64,000 nt of DNA from Marsupella aquatica. Its lineage: Eukaryota; Plantae; Marchantiophyta. Every line of letters begins with the position of its first letter. Position 1 is the first letter of the stretch. The translations under genes and the position numbers were made by a program. The notes below the pieces were generated by a model that saw nothing but the letters and a program-made list of their open reading frames with translations, made no database searches and was not told the DNA's origin. The stretch covers positions 1,240,001-1,304,000 of the forward strand of contig OZ316896.1 of the NCBI GenBank assembly GCA_973895155.1, read 5' to 3'. Shown here one piece after another: positions 38,260-50,658 of this stretch.

Positions 38260-39531
38260 GAAATTAAGAAAACTGAACAACATCGTATCTGAAAGTTGTG
38301 ATCCTTCGAAAACCGGTCTGCAACTATCGTTGCCTGATCTTTCTCAACTGAAAAATGATGATCATCATCAACCTTGAAAGCCTTGAAGCTCCACCCACAG
38401 AGACAAACGATCATTCAAATGTACATCGCTGGGCTGCTGCCCTTCCTTAATATCAGGAGACAGCAGATACCGTAGGCGTAGCTCTCATTCAACCTTGGAA
38501 GAGTTGAAGGCCCATCAACAAACGTACATCGCTGCCCTTTATATAGGGAGCTACCGAATCCCAAAGGCATAGCCCCACCGCCACGGCTTCAGCGGATGGG
38601 GGGAGTTGTTTGCCTGAGCACGTGCACAAGGCGTGCCGCTCGGCCAGGTGGACAGCGCTTTCTCGCAAGCTTGTTGTCACTCGCTCTACGGAGAATTGAT
38701 GAGAAATTGTCGACTACCATCGTTACCTTGTCTAAACGCCAAAGCCGTCGCGTAGCTCTAAGGCCGGTGGTGACAAAATCAAATACGGAGTACAGTCAGA
38801 AAATCTGGGAAAATTATTCTCCGGAAATTTCTCGCTTTTACAAAATTATAATGGGGTATAATATCAATCGATGTGAAGATCTCACCGCCCTTCCGGTTGA
38901 CGATGGTGGAGAAACACACCGACTCTTAGGTGGACCTAATGTTGTGGAACAATCAAAACATGCACACTGCCGGTAGCTCTCTTTTATATAATGGTGGCTT
39001 TACAAGAAGTGGATGCCCTTGCTATATTTTAACGCCCAAAGCAACCTACAGTAGAGGGTCACTTCTTGCGCTAAAGATAGGCCCTGGACTAAAAATCTTC
39101 TGAAATAAAGTTCAATAAATGCAAATCCTTGGAAGGAAGCAGCCAGTCAGAGTTGAAATTGTTTGGACCACCTTGGAGGTGGTTTATAATTCTAGACAAA
39201 ATCAACATTCCACATCAGCGTTTATGTGGGCCCACTACTTATCATGTAGGATTGCTAGATACCATAGTGAAGTAGGGCCCCAAGTTCTTGTAAAGCCAAC
39301 TGGATCCATTTTCACTCATCATAACAACTAGATTTAATCTTAGAGAATAAAATAGAAGCAATATACCCCTGGGGTCTTCGAAAGCCACCCTAAAGCAATG
39401 AGGTTCAACTAGGGCATCATATCATGGGCAGAGCATGCTTGCTTTGTGTACACTTATCTATTAAATTGATGAGAGACCGATAAATTGCACAAATATTGCC
39501 TGCGAAAAATTGACGTCAAATATCTAGTCTC

Positions 39532-39666
39532 GTATGCCAAATCTTGCCTCATCACTTGGGTGACTTCATGTGCCCCAACAAACCCCCTCCTCACTTTCAA
39601 ATGGATAGTCAATTTAAGACCCAAAAACTGATGCAGCTAAGTAAAGGTTCTTAGTAGGAACAAGTA
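39532..39666. ncRNA. Candidate stem-loop, copy 5 of 5 (left arm partly deleted)
   Basis: TCTTGCCTCATCACTTGGGTGAC followed by CCCAAAAACTGATGCAGCTAAG...GTAGGAACAAGTA. Confidence 0.3.
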
Positions 39667-42600
39667 GACTAATGAGAAGAATTTAAATTTTAACCAAGCA
39701 CAAGAAGAAAACATTACAGAACAGTGATTTTTTCTTAGTGGTTATTTAATTATTCTATATATTTATGAGTATTATATTTGTTTTCTTTAGTGGCATTGGG
39801 AATTACCCGTAACCCCTTTTATCATGTTTCCCTTGCTTTATAATCGCCTGCCTTTTATTTCAAACGATTTTTTACACTGACACCCCTTTTTGTTCCACTT
39901 GATAAAAGTGAAACACTCTATTGGTCTGACAATGAAGTCCTCCTCGTCCCAAGGAAAGTGTGCTATCATCATACTACACTCAAAAAATATTTCATTTAAT
40001 CGTGAACATAAAAGATCCCTCTCTCAAAGGGAGGTCAATGGGGTCAAAGGAGATACCCTGCACAACGTCGCCCATCGTTCTCGCTCAACTAGTTTTCCTC
40101 CCTCTCTTACCGATAACAGCCATCATGTCCCCCCAATCATATCCTTTTTAAATGGTTTTTAGAGATATCTATATCTCACCAAGATACAATATAATTATGT
40201 TCTGACTGCTACAAGACAAAAACTGAGGATGAACGCGCTATATATCTTTGATCATGATTTCATTTGTTGCCGTGGAGACAGGATGTGCATCAGGAGGTCA
40301 ACTTTGAATAGTTTATGGTGCTTGTCCAGTGGCAATTTACACTGTTCATTTCAGTCGGTTCCCTTTTTGGGCAACGGAAAGCGCAACATTGTATTGAAAA
40401 CCCATCAAGAAACAGCGCGGGCATGAGCAACACTTTGTCGTTGAAAAGCATATCAGTTCAACACTGATAGATACTATTAATACTAATAATACATGCTTCT
40501 TTGAGTTCTCTCATGTGTACAAGGTCCCTTGCAGAAACCATACACCCAAGTCCCAAAACCAGGGATAGAAGTCTCACACATGTAAAAAGAGTTCATTATA
40601 ATACCAGGTCCCTGGCCAAAAAACATTTCGTCAGAGACTGAGCGAATTTTCTTCCTCTTTAATGAGTAGCCATTCGCCCTCCCTCGTTGAACTTGTGTTT
40701 TCTACCCCTCCTGATTACATTGTTTCCTGCATAGTTGAGAATAATGGTTGTATCTGGCTATCCTACACTGAAACCTCATATATAGGTTTGAGTGTTTAGG
40801 TGGGACTACAACTACTTCCGTTTGTTAGTAAAAATATTGAATTTCTGGCCTACATAAAACATCAGAGTATTTTAGCCGAACAGACAACATTCTTTTGTGA
40901 GTATCTGTCCAATTACATCACTAAGTGAAGCTCACGTGATCAAGTGCTCATGAAACCTGTTCGTTCAAACATGCTTCTTTGTTCGAGTACTATAGCTTCA
41001 TACCACAGCGTAACTTTCTCTACGTAATCACTTACGTGCATCTTCATTGAGTGATCTCATCCCGATGCAGTAATTTGCATGGCGAAATGCTAAGTTGAAG
41101 TTGCTTGCATGGCAGCCAGGAAAATTCTTGCTTCATATGAAAGTTCCTTGCTCAGCTCATCAGCTACAGTCCACTACCAGAGAGAATCGAGGAAAGTCAA
41201 TTTCGTAGTGCATTGAGTGAGCGCCTGGTAAGTGTCAAGAGCACTCCTCCTCTCCTGGAGTGGGAAACCAAACAAATAATGGTATTTCGTATTCGCACAC
41301 GTGAAAGGCTGTTTTTCTATTCGAAAGATACTTTTGGAACTTCTCTTGACAAGGAACATTATGAGAAAGTCAGCCGCAGCACTGTGTACAACCCAAGGCA
41401 ACCAATTGCCTGCCATTCTTGTGGCCCCGCCTCAATCCCCGCCACGGGCTACAGAGAGCTGCAAAGGGTTATCAATCCCCTCTCCCCAATGGTTCCAAAA
41501 TTGCATTGACGAACCCAGTTCTTTTCGTTTGGAATTCCATGTGAAGGAATTCACCCAACTACTGTAACTGAACCTGCGACCTCAGTGACGTATATCCATG
41601 TCACTAAGGTTCTCTGGAAATTGGGACACATAGGAATAGCTTACGGTCATATAGGTTCGCACACCAAATTACTCATAATTAAATTATGAGCCTGTGTAAC
41701 CAATTTAACCATGTACGTTTTCAGGATATTCTAACCATGTAAAGAAAAATTCAAAGAGGAGAATAAGACTATAATTAATTATTTCTAAATTGAGAAATAA
41801 TTAATGTTTGACATGTATGACACAGGTCAGAATGACACTGTGCAAGAGGACTCAGGGAGGCATCTACAGTGGTCACTTTTTCTTCATGCGTCGACGTTAG
41901 TACTTGCATGTTGACTCGTCTGCAGTGCACTGACTGGACGCCAAATGCACTGTTGTGAAACCATTTGATTGAGTTGGTTTTTAGTGTTTGCAGCGTTAGT
42001 GTTCGTGGATGAGCATGCTATAATTGCATGTTGTTGACTGGCAATACACTGACGCAGGTTCAAACTCGAGAAACCATGGTTAGTGCCTTAGTGGTGCGAA
42101 TGTAGGGAGGGATAATTATGTTCTTCTGTTTCAGACTTTCAGTTGACTCAACCTACTGGACATCTTATAATAGGCAATACTGCACATTCTCTTCCACTGT
42201 TTGATTATGAAGGAAGTAATATTGGTCGTTCCATGACAGCCTATATAAGGGGGTCTGTCTAATAACATTTCCTTGCTATCAAAATCTCCTGTTTTCTCGC
42301 AACATAGAATACCTCTTGCCCCATGCTGTGATGCATGCCAGTGCGCTCCTTATGCCCTCCCTTGCCTTCCTGTGCCCTGAAGTGCCCTCCGCATGGGGAG
42401 GGGAAGGAGAGAAAGGGAGGGGGAGGAGGGGAAAATGTATAAGAGCAAATAAGAAAGGAAAGAGGAGAAAAGTTGCACCCTCCGCACTGCAGAGCCATTG
42501 GGTGGAGAGGACCCTCCACCTCCCTCGTGTCTAAATTAGTAAAAAAGCAACAAGGAAATGAAAGGGAGAGAAAAAGGGGTATAAAGTTTATGCTTTGAAA

Positions 42601-43727
42601 TCTCCCCAACAATGACAATATTGTGGCAGAAAATGAGGATATAGTACCCAAATAACATCACTTCACAACAACATCAATTTACAAATGGTAACATTTATGC
42701 CATAACAACCACCCAGCCAAACCGAAGTCACCACATGACTAGGGAGACAAGGTGACCAGAATGGCAAGACTTCTGTAACAATCACACGGCCACAGCGACA
42801 ACATAGTCACAATGATAATTGTGCAATGCACGGGCACTGGGCTCAAAAGTTAATTAAGTATGACTCCACAACATTCCTTTCCTCAATGAATTTTGTTGCC
42901 TCAGTGACTTCCTTACCTCACTTGCACTTACTTTTCTCCACCCTCAACATCTTTTGCACTTGCTCCACTTAATTATACGCTCACACTTTGCAGGATTTCT
43001 TACACAATCAGATTTGGCGTCAGATAGAGGGAGATATATGCAGCAAATTTAGTTAGCAAAGCTTTTCTTGGAGACGGTAGATTTTGTGCTCAAATCTAAG
43101 GTAAACTAAGGAAGGATTAGGCAAAAGTTCACCTCTAGAAGGTATCACACCTAAATGCAAGCCTGGCAGGTACAAGTTCTTGTTCAAATAAAAAAACTTA
43201 TCCTGGTCACATGCAGGTCTCATTCAAGTACTACCCAAATCAACGGTACCCTTGAGTTCTCCCGCGTGGTTTCCCGTCCCACATAATCTCTAAAAGGTTA
43301 TCCTTGAGCTAAAATATTCTGCTAGGAACAAAATATCTCATAGGATGCAATATTAAAGTGGACTGACGAGGAATATGTACGGAGCATAAAGTACACAAGC
43401 TCACTTTTTGACTCTATTCAGATGAAATACACTGGTTGGGGAGTGTGGGTCCCACCCACATATGGTGGGTACACGTCAAAAAATCAGATACCGAAATTAT
43501 GAATGATACAAAAAACTAGAAGAGAGAAAAGGTGAGCCGGCATGTGTGGGAATCGCTGTACTTAAAATGAGGGTCCTCAATTACTTACAAAGTGATTTCC
43601 ATGTCCAAGGACACCGTTGGAATCGTCTTGACAAACTCTAAATAATCATGTGATGGAGGTGGTCCTTTGGAACTTCTTACCCTCTTTGCTTGTCTTTGTT
43701 TTCAAATCATTTTAGAGTTTTCATAAG

Positions 43728-45174
43728 GTGGGATGGAATGTGCTGTGGAGCGCTAGTGTCACTCTTTGTCACTCTTTCTTGTGGGTTCTGGGCAGGAGTG
43801 TCGTTCTCTCATGGATTTGGGCAAGCACAATTATTAGTCAGTTTGGCGAAGGCAATGACAATTTTAGGCGGGCACAAAATCAGAAAAGTTTAGGCTTGAA
43901 GCAAAGCTTCATCCCAAGTAAAATACTAGCAAAGCCATGTGGGAAGGACTCTTTTCTAATAATTTTAATGTTTATGTTGAGGGTGAGCCTTATGTCCCAT
44001 GCCTTTTCAGATATGCCATATTAGTCCTGGAAATGCAATGGTGTGTATTACTAACAATAATCATGCTATCCCTGGGCAACAATAATCATAAGGCAGTAAG
44101 GGGTTTAGGGTTTAGATTCTATGTTTGGAATCAAATGATTTTAGTATAATTAAATTGGTAGTGTTTATTGCCACAAGCATGTCATTACCTTTAATTATTT
44201 CTGATCATGATTCAATATTGTTTAATATGATTGCAAGAAGAACCAGGGCTATCAACTACTAAAAAAATCCAATAAAAGAGAAAATGCCAAAGAGTAAATA
44301 AGAAATGAACAAATTAAAACGTCATTCCTTCAGTTGGTACAAGTGTCTGCATGTAAAGTAATGACTACATCTACTTTTTGCAATTTTTTCCAAAGACCAC
44401 TCAGACCCAGATCTTGCATTGCAAAACCACCTGGTGAGAGTTTTTATGAGCCTGCAATTGCTAGAACAGAACACTCATGAACCACGCTACATGGAAAAGA
44501 CAGAGGGAGTGAATGGCGAGGTATTTGCTTGATCTTGTTACTTGATAGACCCCCTGAGGTCTATCAACGGTCCAGATCTGAGATTGAAAGGTCCATCAAC
44601 CGTTCAGATTGTGGAAGAGTATAGAGGGGGTTGATTAAGCAAACTTTTTCCTGAAGGGGGTCTACTAAGCATATCTCTAGTGAATGGCTGACACTGGTAG
44701 GCTTGGAAGATTGTGGACATTGTCTTCAGGTCGCACTTAACATTGTTTCAGCAAGAGTTGTTTTTTTCAAAAAGGGGTCTCACAAAGATCTATTGGGATG
44801 AAATTGCCAAAAAATGATGTTCATGCAATAGAAGAGATTGAATGTCTTCCTAATCTTGTAGTTTGGGCAACACAGAAATGAGGCGCTTGTCCCAAGAACA
44901 ACAGCAATTACCAACCCCATTCAATGCCTATAATGTGACTTTTGTGCAGTCACATCAAAACTGGGCAAAGCTCATACTCAGGGCCTGTAGTCAATATTGA
45001 CCAAGTGTGTTCCTAGTATAGTAGTATGCGTAAATGTCTATTTAGGGATAGGAGAACATTTTGAAGAACATCCTGTAAGACTCATTACGAGGGGGTTGAT
45101 CAGGGAAAAAAAGTAGCCAAGGGCTGATCAAGCAAAGTTTTTTTTCTGTTTTGGGGGTCCACCAAGCATATCCC
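43728..45174 (+). mobile_element. Second, partial copy of the 8446-10092 Mutator-like element
   Basis: Colinear similarity, e.g. TTTAGGCTTGAAGCAAAGCTT, TTTGGAATCAAATGA, AAGAACCAGGGCTATCAACTACTAA, GTGCAGTCACATCAAAACTGGGCAAAGCTCATA and the same right TIR. The left TIR is not seen. Confidence 0.85.
44518..44678. mobile_element. Mutator-like MITE (~161 bp) nested in the larger element
   Basis: 10-bp direct repeat AGTGAATGGC at 44508-44517 and 44679-44688. Ends GAGGTATTTGCTT and AAGCATATCTC are inverted, as are TAGACCCCCT and AGGGGGTCTA. Absent from the 8-10 kb copy. Confidence 0.8.
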
Positions 45175-48100
45175 TCCAAACTCAACACATCTGCTGTCTG
45201 GACAAAAATTACATCCCTGAAACAGATCCAGTAACCAGAAAACCCAGTGCTATAACATCACATTGCTTTAGTGTAAATGGGGTGGACCTGGATTTTTGCA
45301 TGTTAGTTTTACCAGAGTTCCATCAACACCCAGTTATAGTGAGGCTTTCCAGTAAAGGTTGCAGATGCTCTAAGCCAACAAGAAAGACAAACTAAGGGAA
45401 TTGCATTGGGAACCTGTAGCAAAGTGCCCCAGTTGCAATCGAGAAGGTGTTTTGAGTAATATTCCTTCTTGTGAGCCCAGGGACTGCACTCTCATCGAAT
45501 GACAAGGAGAAACAAAAGTCAGGCAAATGAATGGCCCAAAGCACCGTCATGGAGTCTGTCCCAGTAGAAGGCCATATTCCTATTGGGTCTCAAGTACCTT
45601 CATGAGAGAGTTGACAACTTTGAGGATCTCAATTTCTGATCTGAATTTGAAACAGAATTTCTTTGCAGGATTTCGCTAGGAATGTTTAGACTCATTGGAG
45701 CTCAGGGGGTAGGTATGCGAAAAGACTGCCGTGTTTTGTAGGATGAAATTGTGTGGCCATGTGTATCGGATGAAACTGTGTGAAAGATCTGGCAAGACGG
45801 GCACACAAAAGAGAGGATTTGCTGGGGATCAATGGGACGTAAGCCACGCATTTTTCTTACTTACTGTGGAATGATTGCTGATTTGACGTGATGTACCTTG
45901 CACTATTGCCAATGATTTCGCTTAGGCTTTGCTCACCCAAGCAAGACCTTCTTCCCGGATACTGTGCGATAGATCTCAGCTTTCACGGAAACCAAGAAAG
46001 AACTTATCATCACATCATCTTCTAGAAAATGTCATAAAACATCACTGTACCTGTCACAAACGAGAAACATCACTGTACCTCGATGTTTGTGAATACTTTT
46101 GAGGGACATTCAATAAAGTCTACAGGTAAGCTGATTTCGTGATCGTCAGTCTAAGAGGACGGTACTGTACAGTTGGGCTACAGGATATCATGATCGTCAG
46201 ACTAACATTACATCTGGGCTGTCGTTTCACATGATCGGAACCTACATTTTCTGTACAAAATTTTATCTCACCTGTGTAGCCTTAAGTTCAAAACAACCAA
46301 ACAAAACAGCTCATGGTTTTCAATGAAATCTATACCTGGAGAAGGGAAACAAAATCCATCGTTTCATCTATCCGAAGCCAGTACCTTATGCATCCATTGG
46401 GCTCGTTCTAGTACTTACCATTCTGAGGATTCAAATTGCCATGTACTGTGAACTATCTTAGACAAAAATTAAGGAATATATCCGTACTTACATGTGTTTC
46501 AAAATGGACTAACTAATTTCTACTGTCTATAGTAAGATTACCGTGCAAGTTGGCGTGACCCTGGAAGCATACTTACTTTTCGGTAAACTTCCCTTCAAAT
46601 CCCAAAATCCTTAAAGATTATCCTGGTCACCGACCTCATTCTTGGATTCATGAACAAAAAGTCTACTGTACTTATGATCCTAAACGTTGTCAACGAAGCT
46701 CTGTACGATCAGCCCTTCTTTTCCTTATGAACCAAAGTCTTCATGACCTGAAACTGCAGTCTCCTGGTCTCTACGAAAAGCATACAATAAAAAGAGGAAA
46801 ACCTCAAAGAAGATGAACTCATCAGGTGAATTCATCAATGTTCATAATAATAAATAAATTATATAGATTTGTAAGGGAAAGAGCCTCCCACCTACTGTAA
46901 ATCCCGAATGTTCCCCACCACCACCGCTTGGCCGTGCTTTTTGACAGTGCATACTGTACATTGATCTAGAAAGACATGCGGCACAGATCAATTTCACGTG
47001 CAAAAAACGATATACTGTACATGCATCTGGACACCAAACATTATACGTACAGTACGGTCCACCCTGTACGCCGACCCCCCGCCAAGGCGCCAAGTGACAG
47101 AAGGAGCGTATCTGGCGACGAGCTCTACCCTCGACGATCACCATACGTACCGTATGTACAGTATTCGGACTGTACCTCTTCATGATTGTTGTCTTTTTCG
47201 TTTTTGAATTGTTTGGGTTTTGTCTTATCTCTATTTTATTTCCTTGGGAGGGAGATCAGGGCAAGATCCTCAATGCAACTTGCCTTCTTGGCCCTGGTTG
47301 TATACCTTTCTTGACATGATAGGGGTGATACGTATGATGTGCCCATGGGACAAATTTGATGGGGGTGCTAACTTTGAAAGGAGTTGTTTCTTTTGTAATT
47401 TGTTAAGGCACAAGATGAAATACACATGCTTGACCCCTATATAAGTCAGTTTTAAAGTTAGCACCTGCATCAGGTGAAATAGCATTGTTTTTATTTTATT
47501 TTCAATTTTTTGAACCTCCTTTATTGAAATAACTGTCTCACTGACCGTACTCAGAAACCATGCAATTGAGATGGCCTACTTAGAACTTTTTTGTGTGCAG
47601 TAGGTATAAAATGCCATATCACTTGGTTGCAAACTCTTTCTTTCTTGGTCTCTCACTGCAACCAAGATAAGAGAACAAAAAAGAGACATGGTTGTGCGGT
47701 AGCTCATTTGAGTAGTAACTTATAGGTCTGGGTTCAAATGTTGTGACTTAGTGTTCCTTTTCTGTGGAAAACAGATTTCTCCTTAAATTTTACTACTTTT
47801 TTTTTAAATGTCATCTATCGAGGTTGAAAAAAACCATGGGAGCATTTTGGCAAAATCTAGATGGCTATCCAACCTTCATTCAATTTGACATCTTGTAGCA
47901 GTCATATAAAGTTTAGCAAACCAGCTTTGCTGTTCAAATCACCATGAATTAGTGTTACCCAGACTATTTCCGCACAAATGAATTAGTGTTACTTGGTGTC
48001 AAGAGTGGAAACATAGTGGAAATATTATTTTGAAAATCCACAAGAATTTCTGTTACTTTGGACTCAAGATCACCCATGTTTCACAAGCCCTTAAACAGAA

Positions 48101-50437
48101 GTAAGGAAAAACTATTTTGAAAATCTGACAACTGAAGAATTAGTGTTAGTTTGGATTTAGGATCACTTTCACCAACATTAATGTTAGTAAGGCTAATTTC
48201 TTACATGACACTACTTCTGGTGGTCAGTGCAATCGTTTGGAGCCATTTGAGAACCTAGGATAGGTTTGATCAGGGTTCCAGCCTTTTGCTGGTTTCTGGT
48301 ATTTTTTTTGCATTGTTAGCGCCTTGTGTCTGGTTCTGACTGGTAGGTGGCCGTTGTTTGGTCTAACCTTTATTCCCATTGTTGTACAATGCAATAGGGT
48401 CACCTTTACTCTCATTGTTGTATAATATAATAGGGTGCCAAAGTACAAAAGTGCCAAACTGGGAGAAGGATCCGATAGGCAAAAGACCAGATAAAGGGAG
48501 GACGAGGAAAGACCCCAAGAAGACCAAAGAGACCCAAGGTTGGGAGGGAAGAGGAAAGGGGAAGACCCCAAGACAACCAATTGGAAGAGACCCAGTTTTG
48601 GAGTTTACTTCACCTGGACGATGACCTTGAGAAAGGGAACTCACCTGCAAATCCAGCTAGTTCTAGACAGAAGTGAAGAAGTTTTGATAATTATCACCTC
48701 TAAAATGGACGTTGATGACAAGCGCCTACTTTTGATGGGTTTCATAGTTACAGGTTGAGAGTAAATTATAATATAAGGAGGGAACAATCATGTCCGGCTA
48801 CGAACATAGACCACATGGAAGGGCACATGGGGGCACCATTTGTGTTATGTCATTACAAGTAACCTTTCAAACAACCGTTCTTAGTAGACAAGCGACATAT
48901 GGGAGTACACATGGGAGCATCAAAGTGGGGCTTCGCTTACTTCATCGAGTCATCGACTCCAAAAGCAAGTCACGAAGTCATACACGAAGCATGGTGAAAA
49001 ACGTCACTTAATAGAAAAAGGCTTGTCGATTCAGGAGGATTGATCATCAACAAAAAACAGTTGACCGAAACATTGTAACTACCATAATGGCTCACGCTCG
49101 CATTCCTATCGTCTAAGAATCTTGAAAAATAATTCATCTCCTCTTCAGTTTGAGAGGGAGTACAGTAGTAAGTTGCCGATTTGGTGTACAGTACAGTAGT
49201 AAGTTGCCGATTTCATGTAGTCTTTCTCTGATTTGATGTAGAGGTCTGGACCCAAATGTTTAAGCTACAGAGGGCGAAAGCTCGGCGACTGTATCTTTTC
49301 GTTGATCAGTGCATGTTGGTTTCTCCGTCCAAACATGAAGAAGAAAGCTTGGCGACAGCAGTGAGCAGTGAGCAGGAAGTTCCAGCAGTTCCATTTTCCA
49401 CTATCCAAGTTCTGCATCAGTCTGTGACATGCGAGACCTCAAATCCATGAACTCTCGTCGTGAATTTTCTTGGTTGCACTGCATGGTTGCAATAATGAAC
49501 AGATTCTGAGAGGAAACACCAGGTAGTTGCGATGTCACTGTCGTGGTCACTGTTGACTCTGAACAATAAATAAGACACAAGTCTCTCCAGAAGATTAGCT
49601 GCTGATGATCCATTTCGACCAGGACTGATCCATATTTCCATACCGTTGTTTGGCGACACAGGCGCTCTGATTTCTGAACATCATTCAATGTGATTTGGCG
49701 TTCTAATCCGACACCAGTTTCAGACAATAACTTGCGGTTCATATTGGCCATCCGGTAATTCGGTGAATCGGTGGCATCATGTTCCCGTTGGATCCTAATC
49801 TGACTTAGATCCTGGTATCCGTGAGTAAGACCGTGAGAATGAAAGAGAATGAAAGAACCAGTGATTTGTCCTCTAAGTGATTTGTCCTCTAAGTTACAGC
49901 AGAGGTGAATCTATTTTCGTTTTGAATCTATTACGCTGGGAATTTCGAACCTCTCATTTGGGATGATCTGTAATATAAAACAAAGGAACACTTCGACAGA
50001 TATCAATGGGGAAGTAGACAATTTCACATGGGAACGGGCTCTAATCTCACGTGAAAGTAGCCCATTTCACATGGGTAAAGTCGATCGAGTCGAGGGTTGC
50101 GTGTTCTTGGCGAAGCGTACTAAACTCCCTCCATGGCCATGTTCTTGAACAGGATACGTATGCTGTCCGTCCAAAAGCGCCATGCAACAGCACCCGCCTA
50201 CTGTAATCATTAACTCTACAAAGGGAACATTCTTCTCGTTCTGCTCCAGAGACTGTACACAGTACATACACTCTCCCGTATTTCCTGCCTGCCCCCTACG
50301 GACCCTACTCATATACCGCAATAAACAAAACGCTGACAGGACCCACGTCAGTGGCATGAGGAAGCATGCTCTCACGGTCCTCACATTATTTTGCCACCAA
50401 TTTCCAATCTCCAATCTCTAGTGTGCACGTTGGATAG

Positions 50438-50658
50438 CGATGCTAGAACAAAGTACCCCAAAATAACTATCGCTAACTTATTATCGTCTCGCGAGGTGGG
50501 CTTTACCAAAACGACGATGCTACAACTAAGTAGCCCAACATAGCTGTTGCTAATGATCCTCTAGCGAGTGCTTTACATGAAACACGATGCTAGAACACCG
50601 GCCCAACATAACTGTCGCTAATTATCGTGTAGCGAGGGGATATTACGAGAAAGACGGG
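50438..50658. repeat. ~70-78-bp tandem repeat, 3 copies
   Basis: CGATGCTA.AAC...CCCAA.ATA.CT.T.GCTAA...ATC.T.T.GCGAG recurs at ~50438, ~50515 and ~50585. Confidence 0.8.

Noticed and set aside
35150-39670. Repeated protein domain (YACxLLxSHVLPHxLGD and IDEARRGF)
   Set aside because: Similar peptides appear on both strands because the DNA is an inverted repeat, and frames are not preserved between copies.
45300-45620. hAT-like FSLSFDES motif on the minus strand
   Set aside because: A single short motif without other hAT blocks.
46940-47180. Cluster of TACTGTAC/GTACAGTA motifs with short inverted pairs
   Set aside because: The motif is scattered through the window and I found no defined ends or TSD.
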